A stretch of 22,189 nucleotides of DNA from Vulcanimicrobiaceae bacterium. GTDB lineage: Bacteria > Vulcanimicrobiota > Vulcanimicrobiia > Vulcanimicrobiales > Vulcanimicrobiaceae. Location: positions 17,449 to 39,637 of the forward strand of contig JBHEMM010000022.1 in assembly GCA_046262595.1 (NCBI GenBank), read 5' to 3'. The notes below the pieces were generated by a model. That model searched no databases and had not been told where the DNA came from. It saw only the letters and a program-made list of their open reading frames with translations. Shown one piece after another: positions 1 through 8,589 of the stretch (the stretch's first letter is position 1; each line of letters starts with the position of its first letter). The translations under genes and the position numbers were made by a program.

Positions 1-1730
1 TCGTTGAACACCCGGTTGGTCGGCGTGCTCACGATCGTCACCGGCGTGGACCAGGTGTGGCCGCCGTCGGTGGAGCGGGCGACGACGACGTCGCTGACGC
101 CGTCGGACCGGGTGGTGGCCAGGTACACGGTGCCGTCGGCGTCGAACGCCACCGACGGGTCGACGGCGGCGTTGCCGGGGCCGTAGTCGAGGTCGTAGGT
201 GGCCCAGCTCTTGCCGCCGTCGGGGCTGCGGAAGATCTGCTGGTGGCTCATGTACACCACGCGCGGGTTCTGCGGCGAAATGGCAATGGGCAGCGTCCAT
301 GCGTTACGCCAAACGGCGTCCGTGTATTTGAGCGCGGGATCGATGCTCAGCTCCCAGTTCGTATCGATGTTTTGCAGCGTGCCCGGATTGCCGTACAATT
401 GTCCGGGATGCAGCGGATCGGGCGCGATCGTTCCGCTCTCGCCGCCCGCATCGATGGGACGCCAGTCGAGCATCGAGATGCCGCGATGGATGCTGCGGCT
501 GGGCACCGCAACCGCACCGGAGTCTTGCTGGGCGCCGTACACCCAGTACGGGAAGCGGTTGTCGGTGATGACGTGATACACTTGCGCGGTCGATTGGGTG
601 TACCAGGAGCTCCAGGTGTTGCCGCGATCCAAACTGACGACGACGCCTTGGTCGCCGCCGAGCAGCAGATGATTCGTGTTTTGCGGATCGACCCAAAGCG
701 CGTGGTAGTCGTCGCCGCCCGGCGCACCTTTAAACGGCGTGAACGAAACGCCGGCATTCGTTGAGCGGTACGTCGAGGTGTTCATGACGTACACTTCGTT
801 TGCATTCTTCGGATCCGCGGTGATCTGGCCGAAATACCAGCCCCGTTTCCAAATGCGTCCTTCACCGTCGGTATGCGTCCACGTTCTGCCGGCGTCGTCC
901 GACCGGTAGACGCCGCCCGTTTTTTCATCGTTCGTGTCGACGATCGCGTAGATACGGTTCGGCATCGCCGCGGGGATCGTGATGCCGATGTGGCCGACAA
1001 TGCCGCCGGGAAACCCGCGGCCGGTGATGTGCGTCCACGTTTTACCGGCGTCCGTGCTCTTGTATAGGCCCCCGCCGGGCCCGTTGCTGGGCGGATAAAC
1101 GTTCCACGGCGGGCGGCGCGTTTGCCACAGCGATGCATACACAATTGCCGCGTTGGACGGGTCGAGCGCAAGATCGATCGCGCCCGTATTCTGATCCTTG
1201 TAAAGAATTTTGCTCCAGCTTTTGCCGCCGTCGATCGATTTGAAAACGCCGCGCTCCGCATTCGGCCCGTATTGATGGCCAAGCGCCGCCACATAGACGA
1301 CATCCGGATCTTTCGGGTCGATCGCTATGCGTCCGATTTGGCGTGTGTCCGTCAATCCGCTGTGGGCCCACGTTTTGCCGCCGTCGGTCGATTTGTACAT
1401 GCCGTCGCCCTGTTGGATGTCGGAACGCATGTCCGCCTCGCCGCTGCCCGCGTAGATCACGTTCGAATCCGAAGGCGCTATCCCGATCGCGCCGATTGAG
1501 GCGACCGGGAGCGCATCGGCGATCGGCGTCCACGTGCGGCCCGCATTGCCGGTGCGCCAAATTCCGCCGCCGACGGCGCCGAAATAATACGTGTCGGTTC
1601 CCGGAACGCCGGCCACCGTTATCGCGCGTCCGGCGCGAACGGGTCCGATGTTGCGCCATTGCAGTGCGCCGTACGGCGTCTGAGCGCAACAGAAAAGCAG
1701 CATGAGCGTAAGCGAAAGGGCGCGTTTCAT
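1..1730 (-). CDS. Secreted BNR/Asp-box (VPS10/sortilin-like) beta-propeller glycosyl hydrolase-like protein, 3' end outside window
   Basis: Absent from the ORF track because there is no stop in the window. Manual translation from ATG 1730 gives MKRALSLTLMLLFCCAQTPYGALQWRNIGPVRAGR..., with repeated Asp-boxes (KSTDGGKTW, KSIDGGKSW, RSDDAGRTW, RSPDGGKSW, RSTDGGHTW) and motifs GSGEADMRSD, WQTRRPPW, GWYFG, YGAQQDSG. The frame is open to the window edge. Confidence 0.88.
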   Translation of the reverse strand, partial: MKRALSLTLMLLFCCAQTPYGALQWRNIGPVRAGRAITVAGVPGTDTYYFGAVGGGIWRTGNAGRTWTPIADALPVASIGAIGIAPSDSNVIYAGSGEADMRSDIQQGDGMYKSTDGGKTWAHSGLTDTRQIGRIAIDPKDPDVVYVAALGHQYGPNAERGVFKSIDGGKSWSKILYKDQNTGAIDLALDPSNAAIVYASLWQTRRPPWNVYPPSNGPGGGLYKSTDAGKTWTHITGRGFPGGIVGHIGITIPAAMPNRIYAIVDTNDEKTGGVYRSDDAGRTWTHTDGEGRIWKRGWYFGQITADPKNANEVYVMNTSTYRSTNAGVSFTPFKGAPGGDDYHALWVDPQNTNHLLLGGDQGVVVSLDRGNTWSSWYTQSTAQVYHVITDNRFPYWVYGAQQDSGAVAVPSRSIHRGISMLDWRPIDAGGESGTIAPDPLHPGQLYGNPGTLQNIDTNWELSIDPALKYTDAVWRNAWTLPIAISPQNPRVVYMSHQQIFRSPDGGKSWATYDLDYGPGNAAVDPSVAFDADGTVYLATTRSDGVSDVVVARSTDGGHTWSTPVTIVSTPTNRVFN

Positions 1731-1767
1731 AGCCGCGCCGTTCCCTCAGCGATTCAGTGCGCCCTCG

Positions 1768-2742
1768 TTACCAGCCGCCGCCGGCATCGCCCCCGCCGCC
1801 GCCCCCGAAATCGCCGCCGCCGCCGCCGCCGAAGCCGCCGCCGCCCCAATCGCCGCCGCCGCCGCCGCCCACATCGGCTTGGCCCGGATCAGACTGCCAC
1901 CCGCCCCCGTCGATCTGGCCGCCGCCGCCCGCCGTGGGGTCCGTGTTGCCCCACGCGCCCGTTCCGGCGTCTTGGCGGCCGCCGAACATCTCGTTACCGA
2001 GCCACGCGCCGCCCAGACCGCCGAGCAAACCGCTGAAAAATCCGCCGCCGCCGCCGAAGCCGCCGCCATAGCCGTAGCCGCCGCCCGGTGCGCCGCCGGG
2101 ACCGCCCGGTACGCCGGGGGCGCCGGGGCCATAACGCGGGCCCGAGGCCGCGCGCATGATCGAGCGCAGAATAAAGAACGCGAACACCGCGATGAGGATC
2201 CACATGAACATGCTGATATGTACTCCGGAAGATGTTTGCTGCGCGTACGTACCGCGCTGAGCGTAAGAAGGTTGCCCGCCGCCGCGCAGCGACCCGGTGT
2301 GCGAGCGGTAGACGTTTAGCGAGCCGTCAACGGCGCTCGTAACGCCGGCGTCGTAGTCGCCGACGCGGAACTGCGTTTCCATCGCGTGCGCGATCGATGA
2401 GGACGTCTGCGAGCTCCACCATCCCGCTTGAACCGCGGCGCGGTCCGGGATAATCCAATCCTTACGATCGCCTTTGTCCACGAAGATCAGCACGCCGTTG
2501 ACCTGCTGCTGCGCAAATGCGGCCTCGGCAGCGGCCCGCACGTCGCCCCCGGTCACCGACGGAACGGTTTGAATGACGATCTCTTTGCCCGTCTGCGCAT
2601 TGAAATTGCCGATGCGCGTATCGAGCTGCGCGACGGTGGAAGCGCCGAGCATCTGAGCGTCATCGTGCACGAAACTCTTTGCGAGCGCAGGCGCGCCCAT
2701 GAGGAGCGCGGCGGTCAAAAGCGCCGCAGCCGCACGTTTCAT
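1768..2742 (-). CDS. TPM (DUF477/Psb32-MOLO-1 phosphatase-like) domain membrane protein with Gly-rich C-terminal tail
   Basis: Signal peptide, then FVHDDAQML...QTGKEIVIQTVPS...NGVLIFV...FRVGDYDAGV (TPM pattern), one TM helix (MFMWILIAVFAFFIL), and a GGG-rich tail ending GGDAGGGW. AAGGA lies upstream. Confidence 0.85.
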   Translation of the reverse strand: MKRAAAALLTAALLMGAPALAKSFVHDDAQMLGASTVAQLDTRIGNFNAQTGKEIVIQTVPSVTGGDVRAAAEAAFAQQQVNGVLIFVDKGDRKDWIIPDRAAVQAGWWSSQTSSSIAHAMETQFRVGDYDAGVTSAVDGSLNVYRSHTGSLRGGGQPSYAQRGTYAQQTSSGVHISMFMWILIAVFAFFILRSIMRAASGPRYGPGAPGVPGGPGGAPGGGYGYGGGFGGGGGFFSGLLGGLGGAWLGNEMFGGRQDAGTGAWGNTDPTAGGGGQIDGGGWQSDPGQADVGGGGGGDWGGGGFGGGGGGDFGGGGGGDAGGGW

Positions 2743-2755
2743 CGTTTAACCATCC

Positions 2756-2875
2756 TTACTTTGCGAATCCGACGAACATCAGCCCGCCGACGATGCTGAA
2801 TGCAAACACGAAGATGAAGATCCAGACGCCGGCGCGCAGCCATGCCTGGCGCAGCCGGGCGTGCTTGCGGTTCAC
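2756..2875 (-). CDS. Small 39-aa single-pass membrane protein
   Basis: GTG at 2875 overlaps the rsfS stop (GTGA). Translation MNRKHARLRQAWLRAGVWIFIFVFAFSIVGGLMFVGFAK ends at TAA 2756. Basic N-terminus plus one hydrophobic helix; it fills the rsfS-TPM gap. Confidence 0.65.
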   Translation of the reverse strand: MNRKHARLRQAWLRAGVWIFIFVFAFSIVGGLMFVGFAK

Positions 2876-3213
2876 GAGGTTTTCGCATGCGCTTGCGGCG
2901 CCGGCGACCACAACCGTTCCAGATTGTAAAAAGCGCGCTGCTCGGGCGTGAAGACGTGCACGACGACCGGTCCCAGATCGATGAGGATCCAGTTGCCGTC
3001 GCTGAAGCCCTCCACGCGGGAAACCCGCAACCCCTCGTCCTTGATGCGTTCGGAAATCGCCTGAGCGATCGATCGCGTTTGGATTTTCGAGCGCCCGGTG
3101 ACGATGACGAACGTGTCGGCGATGATCGTGCGGCCGGCGACATCGATCGCGATGAAGTCCTCCGCTTTTTTCTCGAGCGCGGCATCGCGCACGAGTTCAA
3201 GAATGTCCGGCAG
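2872..3213 (-). CDS. rsfS: Ribosome silencing factor RsfS (Iojap)
   Basis: AALEKKAEDFIAIDV...ADTFVIVTGRS...EG...WILIDLGPVVVHVF...RAFYNLERLW. Start uncertain: CTG at 3213 (6 nt after GGAGG) or TTG at 3219. Confidence 0.93.
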   Translation of the reverse strand: MPDILELVRDAALEKKAEDFIAIDVAGRTIIADTFVIVTGRSKIQTRSIAQAISERIKDEGLRVSRVEGFSDGNWILIDLGPVVVHVFTPEQRAFYNLERLWSPAPQAHAKTS

Positions 3214-3796
3214 TTCCAACCTCCAGTGATGCGGGCCGTGGCCCGAAGGCCGCCATCGCGGCCGCGGTTTGCGGAGCGGGCGCGATGCGGTTGTGTTTAA
3301 GATACCGCAACGAGCTCTCGATCGTTGCATACATGGCCGCAAAAAGATCCCGGGCCGCCAGATCGGCAAGATCCGCCCGTCCTTCGAACGTCCGGCCGGG
3401 CTCCAGGCTATCCGCCAGATAGAGGATGCAGTCGAGCGGCGACATCACCGCATCTGCGAGCGTGTGCTTGGCAATAGCGGAAAGCACAGCCGGATCGTCC
3501 ACGCCGAAGTGTTCGCGGGCCAGATGCGCCGAGAGCGGCGCATGCAGCACGATTGGGTGACTCTGTGCGTAGGCGTCGACGGGCAAGCCGCGCGCCGCAG
3601 ATTCCGCAAGCAGCTTCTCGGAGGAATATAAGCGGGCCAGATCGTGAAGCATGCCGGCAATGCGCGCTTTGTGCGGGTCGGCGCGATGGGCCCGCGCCAG
3701 ATTCTCGGCCATGCGCGCCACGCGCACGCAATGCGCGTAGCGGTGGTCTTGAGCCAGCTCGGATCGAACGCGCGCAGCCAGTTCGCTAAAGGTCAT
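3197..3796 (-). CDS. yqeK: HD-domain symmetrical Ap4A hydrolase YqeK family
   Basis: HRYAHCVRVA...AGMLHDLAR...LHAPLSA...AIAKHT...LYLADSLEPGR. ATG 3796 overlaps the rimI stop (ATGA). Next to rsfS, as in Firmicutes. Confidence 0.9.
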   Translation of the reverse strand: MTFSELAARVRSELAQDHRYAHCVRVARMAENLARAHRADPHKARIAGMLHDLARLYSSEKLLAESAARGLPVDAYAQSHPIVLHAPLSAHLAREHFGVDDPAVLSAIAKHTLADAVMSPLDCILYLADSLEPGRTFEGRADLADLAARDLFAAMYATIESSLRYLKHNRIAPAPQTAAAMAAFGPRPASLEVGTAGHS

Positions 3797-4329
3797 GCAT
3801 AAAGAACGGCACGCAGAGCGCGCAGCCGGTTTTTGTATATCTCGCTCTTCAGATTGCCGGCCCACATCACCAGCGCGTTCTCGTTGTTGTCGCTGTAATA
3901 CGCTTTACGCGTGGATACAGTCGTAAAGCCGTACTTGCGGTACAGCGCTTGCGCCACGGTATTGCTCTCACGCACTTCCAGCGTTATCCATGAAGCGCCG
4001 CGCTCGATCGCTTCGTCGAGCAAATGCAGCAGCAGCAGTTCGCCGTATTTGCGTCCGCGGTGATCGGGCCGCACGGCGATGGTGGTGACGTGCGAATCTT
4101 CGAGGATAACCCAGATTCCGCCGTATGCCACGACTTCACCGCGCAAACGTCCGACGAAGTAGTGCGCGAGTTTGTTTTCATGCAGCTCTTGGTAGAACGC
4201 GTTCGCGGGCCAGGTCGTGGAAAACGACTGCTGTTCGATCCGCAGTACCTCTTTGACGTCGCCGTCCGTCATCGGTTCTATTGAGGGCGGCGGAAAATCG
4301 CTCAGGCCGGGACGCGGCTCCAGTTTCAC
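3793..4329 (-). CDS. rimI: Ribosomal protein S18 alanine N-acetyltransferase (GNAT)
   Basis: IEQQSFSTTW...HVTTIAVRPDHRGRKYG...TLEVRESNTVAQALYRKYGF...RKAYYSDNNENALVMW. Follows tsaB with a GTGA overlap. Confidence 0.93.
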   Translation of the reverse strand: MKLEPRPGLSDFPPPSIEPMTDGDVKEVLRIEQQSFSTTWPANAFYQELHENKLAHYFVGRLRGEVVAYGGIWVILEDSHVTTIAVRPDHRGRKYGELLLLHLLDEAIERGASWITLEVRESNTVAQALYRKYGFTTVSTRKAYYSDNNENALVMWAGNLKSEIYKNRLRALRAVLYA

Positions 4330-4982
4330 GGCAGCGCGCGCTTAGGGGCGTTAACCGCGGGAAGTTCGCCGTAGTCCGCGCGGACTTCGTGGACGCTGAG
4401 CGCGGGCGCACGCTGCATCGCGGCCCGCGCGACGGCGAGGGCGGAAGGCTCCAGAGACCCGGTTACAACATGCACGCTCCAACCGCGTTCGGCAAGGCCG
4501 GCGCGCACGTCCTCCGCATCGCCCAAAACGCGCAATTCGCCGCGGGGCGCGTGCAGTTCGTCCAACACGTCGTTCACGTATCCGGACGCCCGCAACTGCA
4601 CGCCCGCGCTGCGAAAGCGCACCGAAACCACACCCGTACGGCCCCTTACGACCGCCAGCAGCGGTTCGGCGGGCGCGAGGCCGGCCTCCAGCGCGTCGAA
4701 TGAATCGACGGGCACGATGGGCAGGCGCCACACCTGCGCCAGCGACTTCGCGTAGCTGACGGCGATCCGTATGCCGGTGAAGCTGCCCGGGCCGATGCCC
4801 ACGGCAATGCGTTGTAAATCGGCGGGTGCCACGCGCGACCGCTCGATGGCGGCCGCCACCGCGGCCAAGCCCTGTTCGAGCGCCTGATTCGCAAGGCGCC
4901 GTTCGACCGCCGCCGGCGCGCCGCCGCGCAGCACCGCGACGGAAAAGCCGCCGCGCGCCGCGTCGATGGAAAGGACGTTCAC
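4326..4982 (-). CDS. tsaB: tRNA threonylcarbamoyladenosine biosynthesis protein TsaB
   Basis: MNVLSIDAA...IAVGIGPGSFTGIRIAVSYAKSLA signature; lies between tsaE and rimI. Confidence 0.92.
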   Translation of the reverse strand: MNVLSIDAARGGFSVAVLRGGAPAAVERRLANQALEQGLAAVAAAIERSRVAPADLQRIAVGIGPGSFTGIRIAVSYAKSLAQVWRLPIVPVDSFDALEAGLAPAEPLLAVVRGRTGVVSVRFRSAGVQLRASGYVNDVLDELHAPRGELRVLGDAEDVRAGLAERGWSVHVVTGSLEPSALAVARAAMQRAPALSVHEVRADYGELPAVNAPKRALP

Positions 4983-5392
4983 CGCTGCGTGACCCGGACG
5001 GTCCGCGGCTCGTCGCCCTTACCGGCGATGGCGATTTCGTACCGCGGCGCGGGCAGATGGCCGCCGGCGTTTTCCCACCACTCGATGAGCACGATGGAGT
5101 CGCCTTCGAAGGCCTCCTCGAGGCCAAGTTCGCGCAGCTCGCAGACATCCGCGATGCGATAAAGGTCGAGATGATCCACGGGCGGATCGCCGGCGTAACG
5201 ATGCCAGAACGTAAACGTCGGACTGCTCGCGTTTAGTCTGCCGGTGAGCTCCTGCGCGACGGCCCGGACAAACGTCGTTTTCCCCGCCCCGAGCGGCCCC
5301 GAGAGTCCGACCACGTCGCCCGCGCGCAGCGTTCCGGCAAAGCCGTGCGCGAACGCCGTAAAGGCCGCCTCGTGCATGAATGTGCGTTCCAT
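4979..5392 (-). CDS. tsaE: tRNA threonylcarbamoyladenosine biosynthesis ATPase TsaE
   Basis: Walker A GPLGAGKTT, SSPTF, HLDLYRI, LIEW. Start set at ATG 5392 (MERTF) rather than the longer ORF-track start. Confidence 0.93.
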   Translation of the reverse strand: MERTFMHEAAFTAFAHGFAGTLRAGDVVGLSGPLGAGKTTFVRAVAQELTGRLNASSPTFTFWHRYAGDPPVDHLDLYRIADVCELRELGLEEAFEGDSIVLIEWWENAGGHLPAPRYEIAIAGKGDEPRTVRVTQR

Positions 5393-5415
5393 CGTTGCGG
5401 CGAACAATTCGAGCC

Positions 5416-5697
5416 GTGAACCTGCGATCCACCTGCGACCATAAAGCAGACCTGATCGCGCAGGCGCAAACGTATCTGCTCGAACTCCGGCAAGCAACCC
5501 AGGCGGCCCGCGAACGCGTCTACGCCGGCGTTGCTCCGCCGTTTGCGCACGTGCCGGGCGCCGCGCCCGATTTGCCGCAAGAAGTGGTGCCGCCGGTCCG
5601 CGAGGCCGGAGATGCGATTTTTGCGACGCGCCGGTTCGATGTGCCGGAGCCGGTCATCGACGCGCTCGACCGCTACGATCAAACCATAGGGGACTAG
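5416..5697 (+). CDS. Hypothetical protein (~93 aa) abutting gyrA
   Basis: Open frame with GC-rich third positions (DLIAQAQTYLLELRQATQAARERVY...DALDRYDQTIGD). Its TAG stop is immediately followed by the gyrA TTG. Start uncertain (GTG 5416 chosen). No family recognised. Confidence 0.6.
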   Translation: MNLRSTCDHKADLIAQAQTYLLELRQATQAARERVYAGVAPPFAHVPGAAPDLPQEVVPPVREAGDAIFATRRFDVPEPVIDALDRYDQTIGD

Positions 5698-8202
5698 TTG
5701 AACAACAACGACATCATCTCGCAAATCAACGTCGAAGACGAAATGCGCGAGAGTTATCTCGCGTATGCCATGTCGGTCATCGCCTCACGCGCGCTTCCCG
5801 ACGTGCGCGACGGCCTCAAACCCGTGCAGCGCCGCATTCTCTTCGCGATGCGCGAGATGGGCATGGACCCCACTAAGCAGCACCGCAAATGCGCCGGTAT
5901 CATCGGCGAGGTGCTCAAGTCGTACCATCCGCACGGCGACAGTTCGGTGTACGACGCGCTCGTGCGCATGGCGCAGGATTTCACGCTGCGGTATCCGCTG
6001 GTGGACGGCCACGGCAACTTTGGCTCCATCGATCCCGATTCGGCCGCGGCCTACCGCTATACCGAAGCACGCCTCGCGCGTCCTGCGCTCGAGTTGCTCA
6101 ACGACATCGACAAAGAAACCGTCGGCTTCATTCCGACGTTCGATAATCAGGGAAGCGAGCCCAGCGTGCTGCCGGGAAAACTGCCGCAGCTGCTGATCAA
6201 CGGTTCGAGCGGCATCGCGGTGGGCATGGCCACGAACATTCCACCGCATAATCTGACGGAGATCGCGGATGCCATCGCGGCGCTGCTCGACGATCCGCAG
6301 ATCAGCGACGACGCGCTCGCCGACATCGTTTCCGGTCCCGATTTTCCCACGGGCGGTATCATCGTCGGTCAGGAAGCGATCCGCGAGGCGTACCGTACCG
6401 GACGCGGCTCGATCATCATGCGCGGCAAGGCCGAGATCATCGAAGATGACAAGGGCCGTCACAAGATTGTCATCACCGAGATTCCGTATCAGGTCTACAA
6501 GAGCCGCATCGTCGAAGCGATCGCCGAGGCGCACGCCGAGAAGCGCATTCAAGGCATCGCGCGCTTGGACGATTTGACCAACCGCAAAGGCATGCAGGTT
6601 ATCGTCGAGCTGCAGCGCTCGGCAACGCCGCACGTGGTGCTCAACCAACTCTACAAACACACGCCGCTGCAAACGAGCTTCGGCTTCAACATGCTCGCGC
6701 TCGTGCCCGTCGGCGAGCCGCGTGCGGACGGCTCCGTGGCGATCGAGCCGCAAGTGCTCTCGCTCAAGCAGCTGCTCGAACATCACGTCAACCACCGCAA
6801 AGACGTCGTCACCAAGCGCACCCGCTACGATCTGCGCAAGGCCGAAGAACGCGCGCATCTGCTCGAAGGCTACCGCATCGCGCTCGACAATATCGATGAA
6901 GTCATCGAGATTGTGCGCGCAAGCCAAACGACCGACGAGGCCCGCACCCGTCTGAGCGAGCGCTTCAGCCTCTCCGACGTGCAAGCCAACGCCATCGTCG
7001 ACATGCGTCTGCGCACGCTCGTCGGCCTGGAACGGCAGAAGATCGAAGACGAATACAACCAGCTCACCAAGACGATTGCGGAATTGAAAGACATCTTGAA
7101 CAGCCCGCGACGCGTTGCTGCGATCATCAAAGAAGAGATTCTGGAGATCAAGAAAAAGCACGGCGACGAGCGCCGGACGGAGATCGTTCCGGCGGAGAAC
7201 GAGTTCTCCATGGAAGCGCTCATTCCCAACATCGACGTCGTCGTGACGTATACCGTGGGCGGCTACATCAAACGCGTCACCGTCGACACGTTCAAGACGC
7301 AAAACCGCGGCGGCCGCGGTGTCGTCGGCATCGCGAACCTCAAGCGCGAAGACGTCGTGCGCAATTTCTTCATCACCAAGACGCACGATCACGTCCTGTT
7401 TTTCACGAACAAGGGGCGCGCGTACCGCCTGCGCGGTTTCGAGATCCCCGATACGACGCGTCAAGCGAGGGGTACGGCGCTCGTCAATCTGCTCACGCTG
7501 CCTCCGGGCGAGTATGTCACGGCCGTCTTTCCCGTGCAGACGTTCGGCGGTGAAGCGTACATGGTGATGGTCACGAAAAACGCCGTCATCAAAAAAACGA
7601 AACTGGAAGAGTTCGCAAACGTGCGCCGGAACGGCTTGAACGCCATCGGCTTGGACGAAGGCGACGAACTGCTGGCCGTCGATCTTTCAGACGGCACGCG
7701 AGACATCATTCTGGCGAGCGAACGAGGCATGGCCGTGCACTTCAACGAGAAAGACGTGCGTCCGATGGGCCGCAACGCCCGCGGCGTAAAGGCGATGACG
7801 CTCGAGAAAAAGGATCACATCATTGCAATGGACGTGGTCGAGGACGACCGGCGCGAAGTGCTGCTTGTCACGACGCTCGGGTTCGGAAAGCGCACGCCGA
7901 TCGACGATTACCGTCACACCTCCCGGGGCGGAAAGGGCGTCAAAGCATTTGCCAAAGAGCGCGAGGACATCGGCAAGGTTGTCGACCAAATCTTGGTTGC
8001 CCCCGACGATGAAGTGCTCATGATCACCTCATCGAATCAGGTGATCCGCATTCGCGTTGCAGATATCCGCAAAGCGGGGCGTTCCACCAAGGGCGTGCGC
8101 CTGCAGCGCTTGGGCGAGGGCGATGAAGTGATTGCCATCACGAACTTGGGCAAGCAGGCGGCGCAGTTGACCGATATCACGGGCGAACCGGTCGAGGTCT
8201 AG
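5698..8202 (+). CDS. gyrA: DNA gyrase subunit A
   Basis: [27 protein letters not shown], catalytic [11 protein letters not shown], GyrA-box QNRGGRG (gyrase rather than ParC), C-terminal beta-pinwheel repeats. Confidence 0.97.
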   Translation: MNNNDIISQINVEDEMRESYLAYAMSVIASRALPDVRDGLKPVQRRILFAMREMGMDPTKQHRKCAGIIGEVLKSYHPHGDSSVYDALVRMAQDFTLRYPLVDGHGNFGSIDPDSAAAYRYTEARLARPALELLNDIDKETVGFIPTFDNQGSEPSVLPGKLPQLLINGSSGIAVGMATNIPPHNLTEIADAIAALLDDPQISDDALADIVSGPDFPTGGIIVGQEAIREAYRTGRGSIIMRGKAEIIEDDKGRHKIVITEIPYQVYKSRIVEAIAEAHAEKRIQGIARLDDLTNRKGMQVIVELQRSATPHVVLNQLYKHTPLQTSFGFNMLALVPVGEPRADGSVAIEPQVLSLKQLLEHHVNHRKDVVTKRTRYDLRKAEERAHLLEGYRIALDNIDEVIEIVRASQTTDEARTRLSERFSLSDVQANAIVDMRLRTLVGLERQKIEDEYNQLTKTIAELKDILNSPRRVAAIIKEEILEIKKKHGDERRTEIVPAENEFSMEALIPNIDVVVTYTVGGYIKRVTVDTFKTQNRGGRGVVGIANLKREDVVRNFFITKTHDHVLFFTNKGRAYRLRGFEIPDTTRQARGTALVNLLTLPPGEYVTAVFPVQTFGGEAYMVMVTKNAVIKKTKLEEFANVRRNGLNAIGLDEGDELLAVDLSDGTRDIILASERGMAVHFNEKDVRPMGRNARGVKAMTLEKKDHIIAMDVVEDDRREVLLVTTLGFGKRTPIDDYRHTSRGGKGVKAFAKEREDIGKVVDQILVAPDDEVLMITSSNQVIRIRVADIRKAGRSTKGVRLQRLGEGDEVIAITNLGKQAAQLTDITGEPVEV

Positions 8203-8262
8203 CTTGAAACCCGCGCGCCGGCAGGCAGGTTATTACTTTCGAAGGAGTGCAACGAACGACAC

Positions 8263-8589
8263 ATGAGCGCATTAGCCGACGTAACGCAGAACGATTTTCA
8301 AACCCAGGTGCTCGGTTCGGGGCAGCCCGTGCTGGTCGACTTTTGGGCGCCATGGTGCGGCCCATGCAAAATGCTCGGACCGGTCGTTGAAAAAGTTGCC
8401 GGCGCGCACACCGGCCGCGCGAAGTTCGTCAAACTTAACACCGACGAGAACCCCAACTTGGCCGCGCAGTATCAGGTTTCGGGCATCCCCTGTCTGATTC
8501 TCTTCAAAGGCGGCCAGGCCGTCGATCGCATCGTCGGCTACGTCTCCGAACAGACCATCACTTCGATGCTCAGCAAACATTTGAACTGA
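8263..8589 (+). CDS. trxA: Thioredoxin
   Basis: VLVDFWAPWCGPCK active site, cis-Pro motif GIP, 108 aa; AAGGAG upstream; ends in TGA. Confidence 0.96.
   Translation: MSALADVTQNDFQTQVLGSGQPVLVDFWAPWCGPCKMLGPVVEKVAGAHTGRAKFVKLNTDENPNLAAQYQVSGIPCLILFKGGQAVDRIVGYVSEQTITSMLSKHLN

Noticed and set aside
1702..2319. Pro-rich and Ala-rich + strand ORFs and GCC repeats
   Set aside because: Antisense shadows of the Gly-rich tail of the TPM protein; not a separate gene or repeat array.
5920..5960. GyrA quinolone-resistance-determining region
   Set aside because: [10 protein letters not shown] keeps the Ser83 and Asp87 equivalents, so no classic resistance substitution.
5785..7464. 559-aa minus-strand ORF (and similar long antisense ORFs over selA, selB, add, clpB, typA)
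   Set aside because: Mirror frames of high-GC3 housekeeping genes with no recognisable motifs.
8227..8253. GAGTGCAAC as a CIRCE half-site before trxA; CIRCE/HAIR/CtsR sites before clpB
   Set aside because: No matching left arm, and it overlaps the SD-like AAGGAG. No such operator was found at 12824-12918.
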